The notes under the pieces were generated by a model. It was not told where the DNA came from. It made no database searches and worked only from the letters and a program-made list of their open reading frames with translations. A DNA stretch of 64,000 bases from contig OZ024766.1 of NCBI GenBank assembly GCA_964016885.1, positions 9,486,001 to 9,550,000 on the forward strand, in the 5' to 3' direction. This DNA is from Eledone cirrhosa. Taxonomy: Eukaryota. Positions 58,981 to 64,000 of this stretch are shown here, piece after piece. Both the position numbers and the translations under genes were made by a program. The first letter of the stretch is position 1; the number at the start of each line of letters is the position of its first letter.

Positions 58981-59034
58981 AGATGTTAGACTCTGGTGAT
59001 GTTGATTTAAAAGATTCCTCTCTGTTTTTTCTAG

Positions 59035-59148
59035 GTTTGAAGAATTGGTGAACTCTGGTGTAGACATTCACGAAGGAAAGAAACTCAGTGGATCTTTGGC
59101 AGAATTGAAAACTAGAAAAGAACTCTCCATCTCAAAGGGGGAATTATT
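59035..59148 (+). CDS. HAUS3: HAUS3 coding exon 2
   Basis: Acceptor TTTTTTCTAG at 59034. (R)FEELVNSGVDIHEGKKLSGSLAELKTRKELSISKGEL matches HAUS3 F..L..SG..I.EG..L. Phase-2 donor GTGAGT at 59149. Confidence 0.85.
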
Positions 59149-59281
59149 GTGAGTCTTTTAGCCCTTTTCAGTACCAACCTAACCAGAACCAGCCCTGGTT
59201 CTATGACACAAAACCACCCATTTTAAAGGTTTCCTATTTAAATTAAAATCTTCCAATATAATTTTATATAAGAACCTTACA

Positions 59282-60721
59282 TTAACCCTTTAGCATTTAC
59301 ATTACTCTATATATACTATTGTATTTTCACAGTAAAGGCTTTACCTCACATAATATCTCACATAACATTTACATTACTCTATATATACTATTGTATTTTC
59401 ACAGTAAAGGCTTTACCTCACATAATACCTCACATAACATTTACATTACTCTATATATACTATTGTATTTTCACAGTAAAGGCTTTACCTCACATAATAT
59501 CTCACATAGCATTTACATTACTCTATATATACTATTGTATTGTCACAGTAAAGGCTTTACCTCACATAATATCTCCCATAACATTTACATTACTCTATAT
59601 ATACTATTGTATTGTCACAGTAAAGGCTTTACCTCACATAATATCTCACATAACATTTACATTACTCTATATATACTATTGTATTTTCACAGTAAAGGCT
59701 TTACCTCACATAATATCTCACATAGCATTTACATTACTCTATATATACTATTGTATTGTCACAGTAAAGGCTTTACCTCACATAATATCTCCCATAACAT
59801 TTACATTACTCTATATATACTATTGTATTGTCACAGTAAAGGCTTTACCTCACATAATATCTCACATAACATTTACATTACTCTATATATACTATTGTAT
59901 TTTCACAGTAAAGGCTTTACCTTACATAATATCTCACATAACATTTACATTACTCTATATATACTATTGTATTGTCACAGTAAAGACTTTACCTCACATA
60001 ATATCTCACATAACATTTACATTACTCTATATATACTGTTGTATTGTCACAGTAAAGGCTTTACCTCACATAATATCTCACATAACATTTACATTACTCT
60101 ATATTTACTATTGTATTGTCACAGTAAAGGCTTTACCTCACATAATATCTCACATAACATTTACATTACTCTATATATACTATTGTATTTTCACAGTAAA
60201 GGCTTTACCTTACATAATATCTCACATAACATTTACATTACTCTATATATACTATTGTATTGTCACAGTAAAGGCTTTACCTCACATATCTCACATAACA
60301 TTTACATTACTCTATATATACTATTGTATTTTCACAGTAAAGGCTTTACCTCACATAACATTTACATTACTCTATATATACTATTGTATTTTCACAGTAA
60401 AGGCTTTACCTCACATAATATCTCACATAACATTTACATTACTCTATATATACTATTGTATTTTCACAGTAAAGGCTTTACCTCACATAATATCTCACAT
60501 AACATTTACATTACTCTATATATACTATTGTATTGTCACAGTAAAGGCTTTACCTCACATAACTATCTCATATAATATCAAGTTTATGAGATTTTTATAT
60601 TATTTATTTTGAGAACAATACCCCAATGTTGGAATGAGCGGCTGGTTATGACTGGTTTGAACAGAAAGAGGTGAGAGAATTCTGGCCAAAGATATGGCCT
60701 GTTTAAGTGCTAAAGGGTGAA
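59282..60721. mobile_element. piggyBac-like MITE carrying the same 72-bp satellite (about 17 copies), opposite orientation
   Basis: TTAA-CCCTTTAGCA ... TGCTAAAGGG-TGAA termini; array at about 59294-60562. Confidence 0.82.
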
Positions 60722-61704
60722 GTCACAAATAATTATTTTAATAAATCCTGCTCTTGTTCTATGACACAAAACCATTTTAAAGGGTTCCCATTTAAATTAA
60801 AATCTTCCAACATAATTTTATATGGAGGCACATGGCTTAGTGGTTAGAGCATTGGGCTTGCAATCGAAAGGTTGTGAGTTCAATTCTTAGACCGGGTGAT
60901 GTGTTGTTTCCTGCACTTTTTTATGCAGCTGTCATCTTTCATGCGCATCACGTGGCCATACCAACGCAGTCTTCTCTCAAGTAAACAGCATCTGATCCCT
61001 CTTATTCCTAATTTCTCACTTAGTTCATTTATGCTTTGCCGTTCACGTATATTACTATTACACATCCAACGGAGCATGCATGCTTCGTTCCTTTCCAGTC
61101 TACGCAGGTCCTCTGCACGCAATGCCCATGTCTCACTGCCATGTAGCATTGCTGTTCGTATACAGGCATCATACAATCTGCCTTTCATTTCATTTCATTT
61201 CATTTTACGTCCGCTTTTTCCCTGCTTGCAAGGGTGGGACGGGAACTGATTCTGGCTTGATTTCTACAGCTGGATGCCCTTCCTAACACCAACCTCATTT
61301 ACAGTGAGTGCTGGGTGCTTTTTTGCCGTGGCACCTCCACGACCACTTTGCAGTGGAATGATAGGGACCCCAGTCCCTATCATCTCATTTCTACAGCTGA
61401 GTAAACTGGAGCAATGTGAAATAAAGTGTCTTGCTCAAGGAAACAACACATCACCCGGTCTGAGAATTGAACTCACAACCTTTCGATTACAAGGCCAATG
61501 CTCTAACCACTAAGCCATGTGCCTCCTTTCATAATTTTATATAAGAACCATTAAGTTACTATCTTAGTAATGAAATATATAATAATTTTAGTAAAACCAG
61601 CTCTGGTTCTTTGAAACAAAACCTGTTTTAAAGGGTTCCTGTTTATATTAAAAGCTGTCAACTTGTGGTTTAGACTTGTTAATATTGATGAGTGTGTTTT
61701 TCAG

Positions 61705-61770
61705 GGATGAAGAGATGGAGATGTGTCAGAAGAGGAAGGAGATGTTATTACAGAACAAAGCATTAATGGA
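61705..61770 (+). CDS. HAUS3: HAUS3 coding exon 3
   Basis: Acceptor TTTTTCAG at 61704. (L)DEEMEMCQKRKEMLLQNKALM is coiled-coil like. Phase 2 in and out; donor GTAAGT at 61771. Confidence 0.8.
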
Positions 61771-61850
61771 GTAAGTATATATATATATGTATATGTGTGT
61801 GTGTATATATATATATGTATATGTTTGTGCGTGTGTATATATATATATGT

Positions 61851-61882
<32 letters not shown>

Positions 61883-62281
61883 GTTTATGTGTGTGTGCGT
61901 GTGTATATATATGTATATGTTTGTGTATATATATCATCATCATCATCATCATCTTCGTTTAACGTCCATTTTCCACGCTAGCATGGGTTAGACGGTATAT
62001 ATATATATGTGTGTGTATATATATGTGTGTGTATGTATGTGTGTATATATATGTATATGTTTGCGTGTGTATATATAATATATGTGTTTGTATATATATA
62101 TATGTGTGTGTGTATATATATATATATATGTGTGTATATATATGTGTGTATATGTATGTGTGTATATATATGTATATGTTTGCGTGTGTATATATAATAT
62201 ATGTGTGAGTGTATATATATATGTATATGTGTGTGTAGATATATATATGTATGTGTGTGTATATATGTGTGTATATATATA

Positions 62282-62312
<31 letters not shown>

Positions 62313-62859
62313 GTATATGTGTATATATATGTTTGTGTGTGTGTATATATATGTATATGTTTGTGTGTATTTATATGTGTGTGTGTGTATATATAAATAT
62401 ATATATGTGTGTGTATATATATATGTGTGTGTGTGTGTGTATATATGTATATGTTTGTGTGTGTATATATAGATATATGTATATGTGTGTGTATATATAT
62501 ATGTATATGTGTGTGTCATCATCTTCATTGTTTAACGTCCATTTTCCATGCTTATATGGCTTAGATGAGATGGGTTGTCATGTTATGTGAAGAGTCAGGG
62601 CTGGGGACCACGTCTTGCTCATAGGGATCTGTATTTTTCCATGCTTTCTGAAATTCTCCAACACTACGCCTGATATTCCCCCTCCTTATACATACATACA
62701 ATGGTGTGTGTCTGTGTGTATATTATAACTCATACACTGTTAACTTCCCTCACATTTGTACATTATTCTATGTACTATACATGCACCTTTGATGAGTTGT
62801 AGTGCACCTGAGCACTGTACATAATAATTTCCATTATCATATATATAAATATATATATC

Positions 62860-63355
62860 ATCAACACCGTTTTACGTCCGTTCTTCCACGCTAGCATGGG
62901 TTAGACGGGTTGTCCTGTTGTGGGCAGTGTCTGGTTGGCTGACCATGCCTTGCTCATACAGGAACTGATTTTGGCTTGATTTCTACAGCTGGATGCCCTT
63001 CCTAACACCAACCTCATTTACAGTGAGTGCTGGGTGCTTTTTTTCCGTGGCGCCTACACGTCCACTTTACAGTGTGGGCTGGGTGCTTTATTGCTGTGGC
63101 ACCTCCACGACCACCTTGCAGTGGGAGGGTGTGGGGGCATATTGTCTATATGCTTCATCTTGAACCCATGGGAGGTCGGGGACTCTGTATTACTGCGTGA
63201 CGCCAGAGGTCACGGTCGTGTGTCATCGCCTTTGAGAGGTGTAATTGGGTAAGGTCAGCTTTTATCACCTCATCCCAGGTCTTCTTGGGTCTCCCCACTC
63301 CACGGTTACCATCGACTTCTAGTGCTCTGCACCTTTTTATGCAGCTGTCATCCTT
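62860..63355 (-). mobile_element. RTE-like LINE family 2 3' fragment
   Basis: KDDSCIKRCRALEVDGNRGVGRPKKTW..DRDLWR with 3' UTR and tail. Confidence 0.85.
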
Positions 63356-63581
63356 GTGTATATATATATATATATATATATGACTTCTAGTATATATATA
63401 TACGTACACATGTGTGTGTGTGTATATATATATATATTTATATTCATATATATATATATATATCTATATGCTAAGACAGACGGTTCCCTTGTTGTTGATT
63501 GGTGTTATGGAGGTCACCCTTTGATATAAATCCATCAATTTACCCCCTAATCTCTTTATCTATCTCTTCCCTTCCTCACAG

Positions 63582-63693
63582 GCACCAGAATTCACAGATT
63601 AGGGTCCATATCACCAAAACACACAACCTCCTTGAGAAAACCCAGAAACAGTACACCAATGTAGAAAAGGACTGTTACGAGGACGCCCACGAG
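63582..63693 (+). CDS. HAUS3: HAUS3 coding exon 4 (gene continues past window)
   Basis: Pyrimidine tract plus CACAG at 63581. (E)HQNSQIRVHITKTHNLLEKTQKQYTNVEKDCYEDAHE. Phase-0 donor GTACGT at 63694. The four exons join into an open 157-aa frame. Confidence 0.78.
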
Positions 63694-64000
63694 GTACGTA
63701 TATATAGTTATATATCATCGTCATGGTGACTGCGTCTCGCTCATATATATATATATATATATATATGGAGGCACATGGCTTAGTGGTTAGAGCACTGGCC
63801 TTGCAATCGAAAGGTTGTGAGTTCAATTCTCAGACCGGGTGATGTGTTGTTTCCTTGAGCAAGACACTTTATTTCACATTGCTCCAGTTTACTCAGCTGT
63901 AGAAATGAGATGATAGGGACTGGGGTCCCTATCATTCCACTGCAAAGTGGTCGTGGAGGTGCCACGGCAAAAAAGCACCCAGCACTCACTGTAAAGTGGA

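Overview
Eukaryotic, extremely repeat-rich DNA. The SINE/LINE types and TA/CA microsatellite load suggest an octopod cephalopod (inference). Almost all ORFs in the supplied track are microsatellite artefacts. Two real spliced genes can be read on the + strand: a 3-coding-exon LYSMD1/2-like LysM gene (16976-34682, 333 aa) and the first four coding exons of a HAUS3-like augmin subunit (57730-63693, continuing beyond the window). The rest is RTE-type LINE 3' fragments, two tRNA-derived SINE families (one CORE-type with an RTE tail), a CRE-like RLE LINE fragment, piggyBac-like and mariner-like MITEs, fold-backs and many satellites. The main hidden signal is about 13 minimal type I hammerhead ribozyme motifs (CUGANGA...GAAA with short palindromic stem III) in 4 sequence families. 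They lie in inverted/palindromic repeats and next to Penelope-like (YRDD) retroelement remnants, and include a 991-bp tandem duplication that places same-sense hammerheads exactly one unit apart. A second theme is repeated birth of satellites from pieces of SINEs, LINEs and MITEs. All calls are by eye; no database search or folding was run.
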